Source: an uncultured Candidatus Izemoplasmatales bacterium (GTDB lineage: Bacteria; Bacillota_I; Bacilli_A; Izemoplasmatales; Izemoplasmataceae). From it: a DNA stretch of 64,000 nucleotides. The translations under genes and the position numbers were made by a program. Below, one piece after another: positions 6,453 to 14,657 of the stretch (its first letter is position 1; each line of letters starts with the position of its first letter). The DNA lies in contig CAYNAA010000004.1 in the NCBI GenBank assembly GCA_964395055.1, positions 1,830 to 65,829 of the forward strand, in the 5' to 3' direction. Below the pieces are notes generated by a model. It was not told the DNA's origin and made no database searches. It saw only the letters and a program-made list of their open reading frames with translations.

Positions 6453-6713
6453 CACGAACAGCCTTTCACCAATCACATCGAAAGTTAATGCCCGCGCATT
6501 AACGATATATATAGAACACATCCGCGCGGATGCGAGAATAGCATCGAATTCTTCTTGTGATTCTGGGATCACAGAAGCTCGCCTAAGTGGTTTTTCACTT
6601 AGGATCACTGGCAAATGATTCTTTTTTACCAGCCAATCAAAGGAAGGAGGATCATGAGATCTGATCCCGATACTCTTGATTTCGCATTGTCGCATGTTCA
6701 GTAAGTGTGCCAT
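6450..6713 (-). CDS. hypothetical protein (87 aa), first gene after the tandem promoters
   Basis: ATG 6713 lies 13 nt after palindrome variant 6727-6738, with AAAGGGA as SD. Confidence 0.55.
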   Translation of the reverse strand: MAHLLNMRQCEIKSIGIRSHDPPSFDWLVKKNHLPVILSEKPLRRASVIPESQEEFDAILASARMCSIYIVNARALTFDVIGERLFV

Positions 6714-6726
6714 CGTGTTTCCCTTT

Positions 6727-6738
6727 TAGATTATTCTA
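6727..6738. repeat. palindrome variant TAGATTATTCTA (11/12)
   Basis: Lies between the 14-bp repeat array and the SD of ORF 6450-6713. Confidence 0.7.
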
Positions 6739-6740
6739 CC

Positions 6741-6852
6741 TTTAGCACAAAGTCTTTAGCACAAAGTCTTTAGCACAAAGTCCTCAGCACAAAGTCTTTA
6801 GCATAAAGTCTTTAGCATAAAGTCTTTAGCACAAAGTCTTTAGCATAAAGTC
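6741..6852. repeat. 14-bp direct tandem repeat x8 (TTTAGCACAAAGTC and variants)
   Basis: Eight contiguous units in exact 14-bp register. Variants are C/T at unit position 8, and one unit starts CTC. Lies in the predicted transcribed leader. Confidence 0.9.
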
Positions 6853-6870
6853 TTTCGCCATCATATCTCT

Positions 6871-6900
6871 ATTATATCACAGAAGTAGGTTCAATGTCAA
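6871..6900 (-). promoter_or_regulatory. sigma70-type consensus promoter reading leftward
   Basis: Minus strand reads TTGACA (6900-6895), an 18-nt spacer, then TATAAT (6876-6871) preceded by TGA (extended -10). Confidence 0.7.
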
Positions 6901-6915
6901 GTCTTCCACTATTAT

Positions 6916-6945
6916 ATTATAGTAGTTTTTTTGATCGAAAGTTAA
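6916..6945 (-). promoter_or_regulatory. second promoter, -35 abutting the palindrome
   Basis: Minus strand reads TTAACT (6945-6940), an 18-nt spacer, then TATAAT (6921-6916). Shares the 16-mer AAAAACTACTATAATA with the promoter at 27112-27140. Confidence 0.5.
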
Positions 6946-6957
6946 TAGAATATTCTA
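6946..6957. repeat. TAGAATATTCTA palindrome, exact copy
   Basis: 12/12. Lies 3 nt after the TAA stop of ORF 6961-7845 and directly upstream of the -35 at 6940-6945. Confidence 0.9.
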
Positions 6958-6960
6958 AAA

Positions 6961-7845
6961 TTATGAATTGAGTACCCAATTAACCAAGTTACTATTATTT
7001 CGTAATATGTCTACTTGGCGTTGGGATTCTGCAAAAGAAAGTTCTGTGAAATAATGTTGAGATTGGATTGCTTCCCACATTCTACGCAAACGTGAACGTA
7101 GTTCCATTACTTTATCACTGCGCCCTTTTACCCGATGTGCAGCACAACGTAATTCACCTTTACTGAAAGCTAATTGTTCTACTCCCATAATCCAAGTTTC
7201 TGCTTTTTCTAATCCGATCATCATTGCATACATATATAATTGGTCACGCCATCTTCTATCTAAGTGCCCTCCCATATGAATCGGAATCCCATGATACTTG
7301 AGTGGAATGATGTCTTTATATGCCCCACGATCTCTCCCCTTTACCATCAATCTAATATAGTGTGGGGCTGGATGAGCAGTAGAACAAAAGCCATTAACCT
7401 TCCAATCATATACACAATTGATCCCGTCTTTAAGTATAAAGAATAGATCAGGTTTTCCACCAATAGGAACCCAAAAACCATCCTCAAAAACGATTTTCCC
7501 GTGGGCATCGAATTCATACATGATAGAATTCGCATGTTCTAGTTCTGTGAGCAATTTTCTTAAAGCGCCGGAATTTTTATACTCTTGAAAAACATATCGC
7601 ACATTTTCAAAAGCCCAATCTCTATTATGATGTTCAACTTGGGCCTCGAAAAGAATAGGAAACCATCCTTTTTTGCCAGAAATATGTGCAGCCAAATAGC
7701 TTTTAACATAGGCATCAAAAGCTGATCCAATTGCCATAGGGCGAGTTTGTCGTTGTCGGGGTAAATCCAAAATATATGTAAGAACAAATGACTTACGATC
7801 CTGCTCGAATTTTGAAAGCATTGTCGGACTAATTGCTCTAATCAT
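6961..7845 (-). CDS. PD-(D/E)XK nuclease (Cas4/RecB-like exonuclease fold)
   Basis: GGKPDLFFILKDGINCVYDWKVNG gives the PD...(D/E)xK motif. About 290 aa and adjacent to replication genes. Confidence 0.6.
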   Translation of the reverse strand: MIRAISPTMLSKFEQDRKSFVLTYILDLPRQRQTRPMAIGSAFDAYVKSYLAAHISGKKGWFPILFEAQVEHHNRDWAFENVRYVFQEYKNSGALRKLLTELEHANSIMYEFDAHGKIVFEDGFWVPIGGKPDLFFILKDGINCVYDWKVNGFCSTAHPAPHYIRLMVKGRDRGAYKDIIPLKYHGIPIHMGGHLDRRWRDQLYMYAMMIGLEKAETWIMGVEQLAFSKGELRCAAHRVKGRSDKVMELRSRLRRMWEAIQSQHYFTELSFAESQRQVDILRNNSNLVNWVLNS

Positions 7846-7967
7846 TTTTCATTCCTTGCTGCGGCAAAACAAACTAATGCCAACAATAAAAGTAATATAT
7901 ACTCAATTGGATCAGCTTGTCCTGTAACATAAAACTCAATCGCTTCTGTGAATTGCTCCCACATCAT
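7842..7967 (-). CDS. small membrane protein (41 aa)
   Basis: MMWEQFTEAIEFYVTGQADPIEYILLLLLALVCFAAARNEK. AGGAG sits before ATG 7967. The TGA overlaps ATG 7845 (ATGA). Confidence 0.4.
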   Translation of the reverse strand: MMWEQFTEAIEFYVTGQADPIEYILLLLLALVCFAAARNEK

Positions 7968-7977
7968 TCCTTCTCCT

Positions 7978-7989
7978 TAGAATACTCTA
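7978..7989. repeat. palindrome variant TAGAATACTCTA (11/12)
   Basis: Its minus-strand TAG (7989-7987) is the stop of ORF 7987-8163. It is fused to the SD as ...TTCTAAGGAG. Confidence 0.7.
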
Positions 7990-8163
7990 ATGTACAGGAC
8001 ATTCTACCTTGTTTTCATCAAAAACACGTAACTTATTACCCTCGACTTTGAAAATATATTTGGACATATACCCTCCCTTTGTTGCTTCATCGAAGTCTTT
8101 ATGATCTTCATGATAAAAATGCTCTTCGCCAAATTCATCAATATACATAACGATCTGCATCAT
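7987..8163 (-). CDS. small hypothetical protein (58 aa)
   Basis: MMQIVMYIDEFGEEHFYHEDHKDFDEATKGGYMSKYIFKVEGNKLRVFDENKVECPVH. AGGAGG sits before ATGATG at 8163. Below the ORF-track cutoff. Confidence 0.4.
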   Translation of the reverse strand: MMQIVMYIDEFGEEHFYHEDHKDFDEATKGGYMSKYIFKVEGNKLRVFDENKVECPVH

Positions 8164-8783
8164 TTTTCCTCCTTAGAATATTCTAATCCCTGTTGGAGTA
8201 CATCTCTTATTGCTTGTAAGTGTTCATCCTTAGCCTTAAAACACTTACGTTGATAAACCATATACTCTATAAGCATGGGTAATTCTGTTCGTATTTCTGC
8301 GATAAAACGAGCATTGTTCTCTTTATCTTTTAGAGGTAAACTTGTCACAGATCCAGAGACTACACCTCCTCTTTGTATATTCTTTCCGTAAGTAGTGTCA
8401 CATATTAAATGAGCCTTTGAGTTATTTTCTTTAACAACCCATGGTGCCCGTGTAGCTAGATCATTAAGGGCTTCCAAATACTTTACAACATTAAAACCTA
8501 GTGTCATCATATCTATAGCTAATTCTGTAATATAGCCATGGTTGTTAAAACAATTTTCAAAGAAAGCTAATTTATTTTTATGTGCCTCACATGAATATAG
8601 GATCAAAGTTGAATGGTTAGCAGTGGTTGTTCGTAGCATAAAATTTGAGCTTACTAAATCTACGGAATCAGGATGCTCAAAGGTAATAGTCAAAGCATGT
8701 GTTGTAGATTTCTTACAAACAATACATTCTCGTCCATAAGACTCCATTTTAACTAATGCAGCATGTCCTTCATAGTAAGTCAT
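8160..8783 (-). CDS. hypothetical protein (207 aa)
   Basis: ATGA overlap with the amidase gene at 8780-8783. Palindrome 8174-8185 is embedded in its last codons (LEYSK). Confidence 0.6.
   Translation of the reverse strand: MTYYEGHAALVKMESYGRECIVCKKSTTHALTITFEHPDSVDLVSSNFMLRTTTANHSTLILYSCEAHKNKLAFFENCFNNHGYITELAIDMMTLGFNVVKYLEALNDLATRAPWVVKENNSKAHLICDTTYGKNIQRGGVVSGSVTSLPLKDKENNARFIAEIRTELPMLIEYMVYQRKCFKAKDEHLQAIRDVLQQGLEYSKEEK
8174..8185. repeat. TAGAATATTCTA palindrome, exact copy
   Basis: 12/12. Read as L-E-Y-S in ORF 8160-8783. On the minus strand it is fused to AGGAGG, 10 nt before ATG 8163. Confidence 0.9.
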
Positions 8784-9364
8784 GGCTTAAACCTTTCAAT
8801 GCATCTCTCGATAGCTTGTTGTGTTTTAGGTCCATCGATCCCATCAATTATCCCTAAATAAAAAGCTTCAGCTTGTAAAAATGCTTGTAGTCGTTTTAAG
8901 GGTTCATCAGGAAAAGAATTGTTACGTGTAAAAGAATTACTAATCAGGGATCGAATTTCATCCATATTCACTTTTGCTCCGGGGCAAGTTTTAGCAGTAT
9001 GGTGCTTCTTATTTACATATTGATTGATCTCCCTATGCCCAATTACTTTAATCTCATAATCATCCAAACGATGATACAGTTCAACTATAGCATTCTTTTG
9101 CTCATCCGTAAAATCTGCAAGATCACCATGTCCAGAACAACATACCCCAATTCCTTTGCGATTTAAGCCTTTGGCATGTGCTCCGGGTTTACTAAGGGGT
9201 CGACCTTTTTCAATATCTCCATTCATTCGGATCACAAAATGATAGCCGATATCTGACCAACCACGTTCAAGATGCCATTGACGAATTTGTTCTACACTAC
9301 AATCTCCAGGTATATCATTAGGAGCAAATGCAGCTGTATGAATAACCAAAAATTTGAAGCTCAT
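8780..9364 (-). CDS. N-acetylmuramoyl-L-alanine amidase endolysin with C-terminal peptidoglycan-binding domain
   Basis: VIHTAA, GYHFVI and H..GLNRKGIGVC match the Amidase_2/PGRP pattern. The C-terminal LQAFLQAEAFYLGIIDGIDGPKTQQAI matches the PG_binding_1 pattern. Confidence 0.8.
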   Translation of the reverse strand: MSFKFLVIHTAAFAPNDIPGDCSVEQIRQWHLERGWSDIGYHFVIRMNGDIEKGRPLSKPGAHAKGLNRKGIGVCCSGHGDLADFTDEQKNAIVELYHRLDDYEIKVIGHREINQYVNKKHHTAKTCPGAKVNMDEIRSLISNSFTRNNSFPDEPLKRLQAFLQAEAFYLGIIDGIDGPKTQQAIERCIERFKP

Positions 9365-9365
9365 G

Positions 9366-9791
9366 TCAATAGTCCTTCTTTAGTTTCTTTTGAACCAAAG
9401 CATCGACTCGCAAATTTGCAGGAATTCCAGCATGTCCAGGAATCCAATTCCAGGTGATTTTATGTTTTCGGCTAAGTTGATCTAATTTGATCCACAAATC
9501 CTTATTTTTAATCTTCACTTTATGCCACCCTTTAGCTCGCCATCTAAAAATCCATTTTGTCATCCCTCTTTGTAGGTATTGTGAATCTGTGTAAAGATCA
9601 ACAGAGCAAGAAGTCTTCAGTTTCTTTAATGCCAAAATGGCGGCTTCAAGTTCCATCCTGTTATTAGTTGATCGTTTTCTAACAACAGTAAATTCTTTTT
9701 CAATATCTCGAAAAATTAAAAGGGCCGCCCCAGCCCCTTTCCCTGGATTAGGGCGGCACCCACCATCACAATATACTTGAACATGCTTCAT
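9366..9791 (-). CDS. ribonuclease HI
   Basis: YCDGG, TNNRMELEA, DSQY and PGHAGIPANLRVDAL give the DEDD catalytic pattern. ATG 9791 overlaps the ligase stop (ATGA). The ORF-track start at 9803 is a TTG. Confidence 0.85.
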   Translation of the reverse strand: MKHVQVYCDGGCRPNPGKGAGAALLIFRDIEKEFTVVRKRSTNNRMELEAAILALKKLKTSCSVDLYTDSQYLQRGMTKWIFRWRAKGWHKVKIKNKDLWIKLDQLSRKHKITWNWIPGHAGIPANLRVDALVQKKLKKDY

Positions 9792-10777
9792 GCACTTCTC
9801 CAATAACGGGCTTCTTTAGGTATCCCGCTATTAGTTAATTCTCGATATTTGAAAGTGATCTTTTGACCTCTTTCAAAATGTTTCAAAGGCATTTCATATT
9901 CTTCTTTTCCTTGTTTTGTTATTGCTTCATTTAGTTTAACTTCAGTGCATAACTCACGTTCTTGATTATTTAGACCAGAAACCTTTATATTTTTATCCCG
10001 CCAACGTACAATCAATGATCCAGCTCTGCCTAGATTACGTGAATCTTTGTCGGTTTGTCGTCCCCAAACAAAGCCAATTACTTCGCCTTCATCATCGAAG
10101 AATGGTTTGTATTTCATGATATTCCATGATCGACGTGGTTCCCATTCTCCAAATACTCTACGAAACATAACACCTTCATGGCCTTGCATCAGTATCTCAG
10201 GTAAAGTTTCGTTTTCAAACTTTTTCCAATTGTAGTCAAAAGGTGTTTGCTCAACGGCTTTGAATATCTCATTTTCTGGGGTGAGATGGGTACCTTTATC
10301 TAGTGCCCAAGGTAGATCTTTTTCAATAGCCAATCTTACCATATAATCTTTGATTTTGCGGTCAATCAACATCTGGCATGTTGGCGTCTTGATAATTCTG
10401 GTATTAAAAACTCTGAGCAAACCTGGAGCATCAAAAGCCATGAATCTGATATGCATCCATTCAGAATTGATGGGTTTATATTTTCTACAAGCACTCATTA
10501 CTTGCTGAAAATTTTGAACCCCTGCCCATAATTCACCATCTACGGGGACTTTAGGCAATTGATCCAACCACCAATCAGGGGCGAAAATAGGCTTAGCGTT
10601 AATGCTCCAAAGGCCAGTGGCTTTACGATCCAAACACCAAGGAACATCAGTTCTTCCTCGTGTTATACCACCATCCCAAAAAGCACGCATTCCATCGAAT
10701 TTGATTGACCATGTCCATTTACCATTAAGTCTACGGAGATCTAACTTTTGGGCTTTCATTAAAAAGAAAGTAGACAT
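9788..10777 (-). CDS. ATP-dependent DNA ligase
   Basis: KFDGMR (motif I, adenylated Lys), DGELW (III), EGVMFRR (IV) and KYKP (V). Confidence 0.85.
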   Translation of the reverse strand: MSTFFLMKAQKLDLRRLNGKWTWSIKFDGMRAFWDGGITRGRTDVPWCLDRKATGLWSINAKPIFAPDWWLDQLPKVPVDGELWAGVQNFQQVMSACRKYKPINSEWMHIRFMAFDAPGLLRVFNTRIIKTPTCQMLIDRKIKDYMVRLAIEKDLPWALDKGTHLTPENEIFKAVEQTPFDYNWKKFENETLPEILMQGHEGVMFRRVFGEWEPRRSWNIMKYKPFFDDEGEVIGFVWGRQTDKDSRNLGRAGSLIVRWRDKNIKVSGLNNQERELCTEVKLNEAITKQGKEEYEMPLKHFERGQKITFKYRELTNSGIPKEARYWRSA

Positions 10778-10788
10778 GTATGGTTTCC

Positions 10789-11103
10789 TTATTTACTTTT
10801 CTTTTTCTTTTCCACAATTACTTCTACGGCGTAGCATTGCTTTTTGCCACCACGAGATAACCATAATGGGTTCAAAGCAATAATCATTGATGGCTTAGCT
10901 TGCGGATGATGTATCGCTTTGGCATTGGGATATTTCTCTAAAAAAGTGATTAACTCCTTTAATGTTGAGGCAGTTTCAATATTATCTGCGGGCTTAATAA
11001 CCTTTTTACTTCGATCAATTTTGCCCAGATGTATGGATGCTGTGCCTTCTCGGCGGAGAAAAATTACAGCTTCCTTATTTACCTTTTTGACTTTAGCTAG
11101 CAT
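10789..11103 (-). CDS. hypothetical protein (104 aa from ATG 11103)
   Basis: The 30-aa N-terminal extension of the track ORF is lysine-rich and overlaps a better small ORF. AAGGGA sits 8 nt before ATG 11103. Confidence 0.45.
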   Translation of the reverse strand: MLAKVKKVNKEAVIFLRREGTASIHLGKIDRSKKVIKPADNIETASTLKELITFLEKYPNAKAIHHPQAKPSMIIALNPLWLSRGGKKQCYAVEVIVEKKKKSK

Positions 11104-11236
11104 TGTTTTTTTCCCTTTCTTCTGCTTGTTTTGCCAAATATGCTTGATAAGCTTTTTCGGCTTTCTCTTTGGTTGTGTACATACATGGCCCATTTCCTAT
11201 GCGCCATTTTCCGTTTGAACATTTTTCTACAGGCAT
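11093..11236 (-). CDS. small hypothetical protein (47 aa)
   Basis: MPVEKCSNGKWRIGNGPCMYTTKEKAEKAYQAYLAKQAEEREKNNAS. AGGAG sits 8 nt before ATG 11236. Confidence 0.45.
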   Translation of the reverse strand: MPVEKCSNGKWRIGNGPCMYTTKEKAEKAYQAYLAKQAEEREKNNAS

Positions 11237-11259
11237 CACTTTTCTCCTAAAAGTTTGGA

Positions 11260-11526
11260 TCAGCGGTCCATTGTATGAATATTGACAATACGTTTGTTAA
11301 TTTCTCTAAGATAATTTTTGGCCAAATCACTTTTAGGTAAACTAGAATATTCTAGCTCACAGTGTGAGAATCTATTCCCGAAAAAATAAGGAATAACTGC
11401 CACCGTGCCTTCTTCGTTTGTGAAGCCATCTAAAGTAAAATCACTAAGTGAAAGACTTTTTTCTTTCCCATCATTTATTGCTGCCCAAAAACGTGCAGTT
11501 AATTTTTGCCAAGATAATTCTTTCAT
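11260..11526 (-). CDS. hypothetical protein (88 aa)
   Basis: ATGA overlap with the upstream ORF at 11523-11526. Contains palindrome 11343-11354, read as ELEYSS. Confidence 0.55.
   Translation of the reverse strand: MKELSWQKLTARFWAAINDGKEKSLSLSDFTLDGFTNEEGTVAVIPYFFGNRFSHCELEYSSLPKSDLAKNYLREINKRIVNIHTMDR
11343..11354. repeat. TAGAATATTCTA palindrome, exact copy (14-bp CTAGAATATTCTAG)
   Basis: 12/12, extended to 14 bp. Lies inside a CDS. Confidence 0.9.
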
Positions 11527-11762
11527 AGATCCTCCGCATAAACGTAAGTAGCCATTTGATCAGCTAACCCAGGCCACATTGCTTTCATTTCATTAAAAGG
11601 TAAAAAGTTACCATGTTTCCGTACTTCCATCCATTCTTGTTCATGATTCACTCCAGGAACGACTCCAATATATACACAATATAGTTTGAGATCATCTTCA
11701 ATTACTGCAACCAACATAATTTGGTGATGATTAAATGCGGTATAATTAAATCTCTGAGTCAT
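11523..11762 (-). CDS. hypothetical protein (start ATG 11762; track start 11783 is TTG)
   Basis: MTQRFNYTAFNHHQ... Same-strand packing with neighbours. Confidence 0.5.
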   Translation of the reverse strand: MTQRFNYTAFNHHQIMLVAVIEDDLKLYCVYIGVVPGVNHEQEWMEVRKHGNFLPFNEMKAMWPGLADQMATYVYAEDL

Positions 11763-12003
11763 GATTATCAATCTCAGTAGCAATTAAAGCTGCGGCAACC
11801 ACAAGTTTTATTTTTCCCGATTGATGGCGTATAGTTTCAAATACATCTAAGGCTTCTTCTGTTTGCCAAGGCCAGTCTGAGCGAATATCACTCAATATAG
11901 CCATTGCTGCCATAGTTAATGTTCCCGGTGAATGGGTATCACTCGTTCCCGGTGAATGGGTATCACTCATTTGTGCTTTTGCGATCAGATCAACAGCTTT
12001 CAT
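11746..12003 (-). CDS. hypothetical protein with duplicated SDTHSPGT octapeptide
   Basis: An exact 24-bp tandem duplication at 11921-11968 encodes the repeat. Confidence 0.5.
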   Translation of the reverse strand: MKAVDLIAKAQMSDTHSPGTSDTHSPGTLTMAAMAILSDIRSDWPWQTEEALDVFETIRHQSGKIKLVVAAALIATEIDNHDSEI

Positions 12004-12045
12004 TGGATTATCCTTTTAGTTTCTGTGCTTGTTCACTCTGTAAAG

Positions 12046-12156
12046 TTACCAATGTTGGCCCAGGCGTTGGGGCAACACCCTGGTATTGACATAAAGATCA
12101 TATGCAGGCTCTAATGATTCACAATCACTAAGATGTCCTGTATCATCGCAATTCAT
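12046..12156 (-). CDS. possible 36-aa ORF
   Basis: ATG 12156 overlaps the TGA of ORF 12153-12479 (ATGA). MNCDDTGHLSDCESLEPAYDLYVNTRVLPQRLGQHW. No other support. Confidence 0.2.
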   Translation of the reverse strand: MNCDDTGHLSDCESLEPAYDLYVNTRVLPQRLGQHW

Positions 12157-12479
12157 TCAAATATACTTCTTGTGGATTGTCGAGTTCTTCGTAATTGACC
12201 TAATTCAAAATCAAGACCCATTTTTTCGATGTAATTTACATATCCATCTATTTCCGTTTCTACACTTAGTTTCCTATTACTTAGTTCTCTGCGAATTACC
12301 TTCCAGAGTAATGAGAAATGAATTAACACTTCCCATAAAGAAGCCGTAGATTTATGTTGTAGGCGCCATCTCTCAGCGCCACGAATTAATTGTTTGGCAA
12401 GATTTAACAAATGAGGATCTGATAATTCGTTGAATGGGGTTTCTATACCTTCATCATTTTGCCAATATATAGCTAACAT
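12153..12479 (-). CDS. hypothetical protein (108 aa)
   Basis: TAATG stop/start overlap with ORF 12479-12994. Confidence 0.55.
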   Translation of the reverse strand: MLAIYWQNDEGIETPFNELSDPHLLNLAKQLIRGAERWRLQHKSTASLWEVLIHFSLLWKVIRRELSNRKLSVETEIDGYVNYIEKMGLDFELGQLRRTRQSTRSIFE

Positions 12480-12994
12480 TATTCTTGCCTCGCTATGATC
12501 TTTAATCTATCAATGATGGAAAAATAAAGATATTCGTTGAAGTCGTTGGGAATTTCTGCATGATTCCATGGACGAGGCATAAGAATCGCAGTTTCTCCCC
12601 AAGCTTCACATTCTTCTTCACAATCATCGAGTAAGATCACGTTTTTTTCATCAAAGAAATTAACTTTAAGGGTTTCACAAAACATTAAAGGCATCCCCTT
12701 AAAGCGCTTCAATATCCAAGAAAACTTACCTCTGGCAGCTTCCATGTCTAAAAAACGAGTAATAAAGTAAACGCTATGTCCACTTACAAGACCAAGAATA
12801 CTCTTAAATTCTGGGGTTTCAGGGAGATTGGCCCAGAAATCTTGTGGCATTGCTTCAAAAGTATGGCCCGTAACTTTTAGCACATTATATTCACCTTTAG
12901 GCCAATTTTTTAGAATGTGCTCACATCTATGATAACGACAAAAAGCAGGAATTGTATCGCAAAGAACTCCGTCAAAATCTAATGCAATGTTCAT
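12479..12994 (-). CDS. HAD-superfamily 5'(3')-deoxyribonucleotidase-like phosphatase
   Basis: N-terminal LDFDGVLCDT gives the DxDGV nucleophile motif. ILLDDCEEE supplies the distal acidic motif. Confidence 0.65.
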   Translation of the reverse strand: MNIALDFDGVLCDTIPAFCRYHRCEHILKNWPKGEYNVLKVTGHTFEAMPQDFWANLPETPEFKSILGLVSGHSVYFITRFLDMEAARGKFSWILKRFKGMPLMFCETLKVNFFDEKNVILLDDCEEECEAWGETAILMPRPWNHAEIPNDFNEYLYFSIIDRLKIIARQE

Positions 12995-13008
12995 GAGTTT
13001 TTTCCTTA

Positions 13009-13034
13009 GCCGGGGGAGAAGATTCTCCCCCGGC
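13009..13034. other. GC-rich intergenic stem-loop (about 11-12 bp stem)
   Basis: GCCGGGGGAGAA / TTCTCCCCCGGC. No U-tract on the transcribed strand. Confidence 0.7.
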
Positions 13035-13038
13035 GCTA

Positions 13039-13050
13039 TAGAATATTCTA
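13039..13050. repeat. TAGAATATTCTA palindrome, exact copy
   Basis: 12/12. Its TAG (13050-13048) is the stop of ORF 13048-13257. Confidence 0.9.
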
Positions 13051-13257
13051 TTCGGAATCTTCTTTCTGCATTGGCGTAATATTTTGTGGAGCTGGAGGAT
13101 CAATGCCCTTTTCTTTAAGAGCATTCTCAAGCTCGGCATTACGTTGCATAAGAGATTGACAAATTTGTTGTCCTAAGCGTAATGCCTCTGCTTGTTCTGT
13201 TAGATGATCCACTTTTCGGCTAAAGGCAACATATGCCTCAGAGATCGTCAGTGGCAT
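13048..13257 (-). CDS. hypothetical coiled-coil protein (69 aa)
   Basis: ATG start, tightly packed after the helicase gene. Confidence 0.5.
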   Translation of the reverse strand: MPLTISEAYVAFSRKVDHLTEQAEALRLGQQICQSLMQRNAELENALKEKGIDPPAPQNITPMQKEDSE

Positions 13258-13259
13258 AA

Positions 13260-14657
13260 TTAAGTCTCCTGTACATAGTAGAGTTTTTTCATTGCCCGAG
13301 TAATGGCGATGTATTCTAAGTTATCCTCTTGAATCATCTGCCATTCTTTCGTGCATTTCGGATGTGGAAGAAGCTCGGGGTGGAGCAAAAAGACTCGATC
13401 AGTTTCTAAACCTTTACTTCGATGAATAGTGGCGCATACCACACCCTCCAAATTGTTGGAGAACAATTGCTCAATACCTTTTTCAATACCTTCTCGGCCA
13501 AAGGCTTCAAGCAATGCTCTCACAGTATCCACTTTATCACGAATTGCTACCAACCGAGCTTCATCTTTAATTCGCTCAGTCATTTGTTGCTCATACTCAT
13601 CGAGATCATCAACATGCTTTACCAGCTCCAATAAGCCTTCCCCTATTTCTCGACCTTTGACAATGGCTTTGCGTTGGTTACGGATAAGGGAAAGAGCGAA
13701 TTGAACAATAGGAGCAGTTGTACGGCATAAAACATAATCCCCCTCTTGAACAGTTTCTAAAAGATCCTCACGAGAAATACTCGTGACTTGACCTTCTTCA
13801 GCATCTTCAACTGATTCAATTTGAGGGACAATCCTTTTTGCCTCTTCAACAATGGCACGAGCACAACGGTAGCATATGCTCAACGGCAGAACATCTGCCG
13901 AAAAACGTGCAACGATATTATCAATGGCATCATGACTTGCGCCGCGAAAACCATAGATCGCTTGTCTTGTATCCCCTACAGCAATAACTCGTTTTGCAAC
14001 CCGATGAACCAAATCAATCTGTGCAGGGGATAAGTCTTGAGCTTCATCAACAAATACATAGTCATAGGGGGGCATTTTGAGATCATGATATATCGGAAGA
14101 AAAATCATATCATCAAAATCAATGACTTTCTTTTTCTGGATACCTAATTTATGTGTATTGATTGCATGTGAAATAAAACTTTCATCTTGACAATTAATAC
14201 CAAAATGATCGATAAGCCAATCAATTTCTCGAGGGCTTGGTTCAATGATATTATGGGCTTTGAAAAGGGCCACTAATTGAAGAGTAGCTGAACGAATCTT
14301 AAAGAGACGTTGTTTGGCCTCTTTATCATCCTTTGGGTTATCAAAAATATCGAACCAAAGAATATTTTGATTCTTGTTATTATTGACTTTAACCCAACCC
14401 AAGTTTTTTCGGATCATTCTAAATCCAAGAGAATGAAGTGTAGAGACTTCAACATGCTGGGGGGCACGTTGGCTTAGTTCCTCGGCAATATGCTTATTGA
14501 AGGCAATAAAAAGTGTTTTCTTATCTTTTGGTAAGAATTCCAAAGCCTTAACAATTGTGCTAGTTTTTCCTGAACCAGCCACCGCATTTATTACCGCATT
14601 ACCACAACCATTCTGGATGTATTCAAACACGGCTTTTTGATATCTATTTGGGATCAT
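13260..14657 (-). CDS. UvrD/Rep/PcrA-type SF1 DNA helicase
   Basis: AVAGSGKTS (Walker A), VFVDEAQDL (motif II), GDTRQAIYGFRGA (III), TIHRSKGLE (V/VI) and ITRAMKKL. Confidence 0.85.
   Translation of the reverse strand: MIPNRYQKAVFEYIQNGCGNAVINAVAGSGKTSTIVKALEFLPKDKKTLFIAFNKHIAEELSQRAPQHVEVSTLHSLGFRMIRKNLGWVKVNNNKNQNILWFDIFDNPKDDKEAKQRLFKIRSATLQLVALFKAHNIIEPSPREIDWLIDHFGINCQDESFISHAINTHKLGIQKKKVIDFDDMIFLPIYHDLKMPPYDYVFVDEAQDLSPAQIDLVHRVAKRVIAVGDTRQAIYGFRGASHDAIDNIVARFSADVLPLSICYRCARAIVEEAKRIVPQIESVEDAEEGQVTSISREDLLETVQEGDYVLCRTTAPIVQFALSLIRNQRKAIVKGREIGEGLLELVKHVDDLDEYEQQMTERIKDEARLVAIRDKVDTVRALLEAFGREGIEKGIEQLFSNNLEGVVCATIHRSKGLETDRVFLLHPELLPHPKCTKEWQMIQEDNLEYIAITRAMKKLYYVQET

Noticed and set aside
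6741-6852. Possible CRISPR array (regular short repeats)
   Set aside because: The units are contiguous 14-bp direct repeats with no spacers, far shorter than CRISPR repeats. No cas genes or leader-like context are present.
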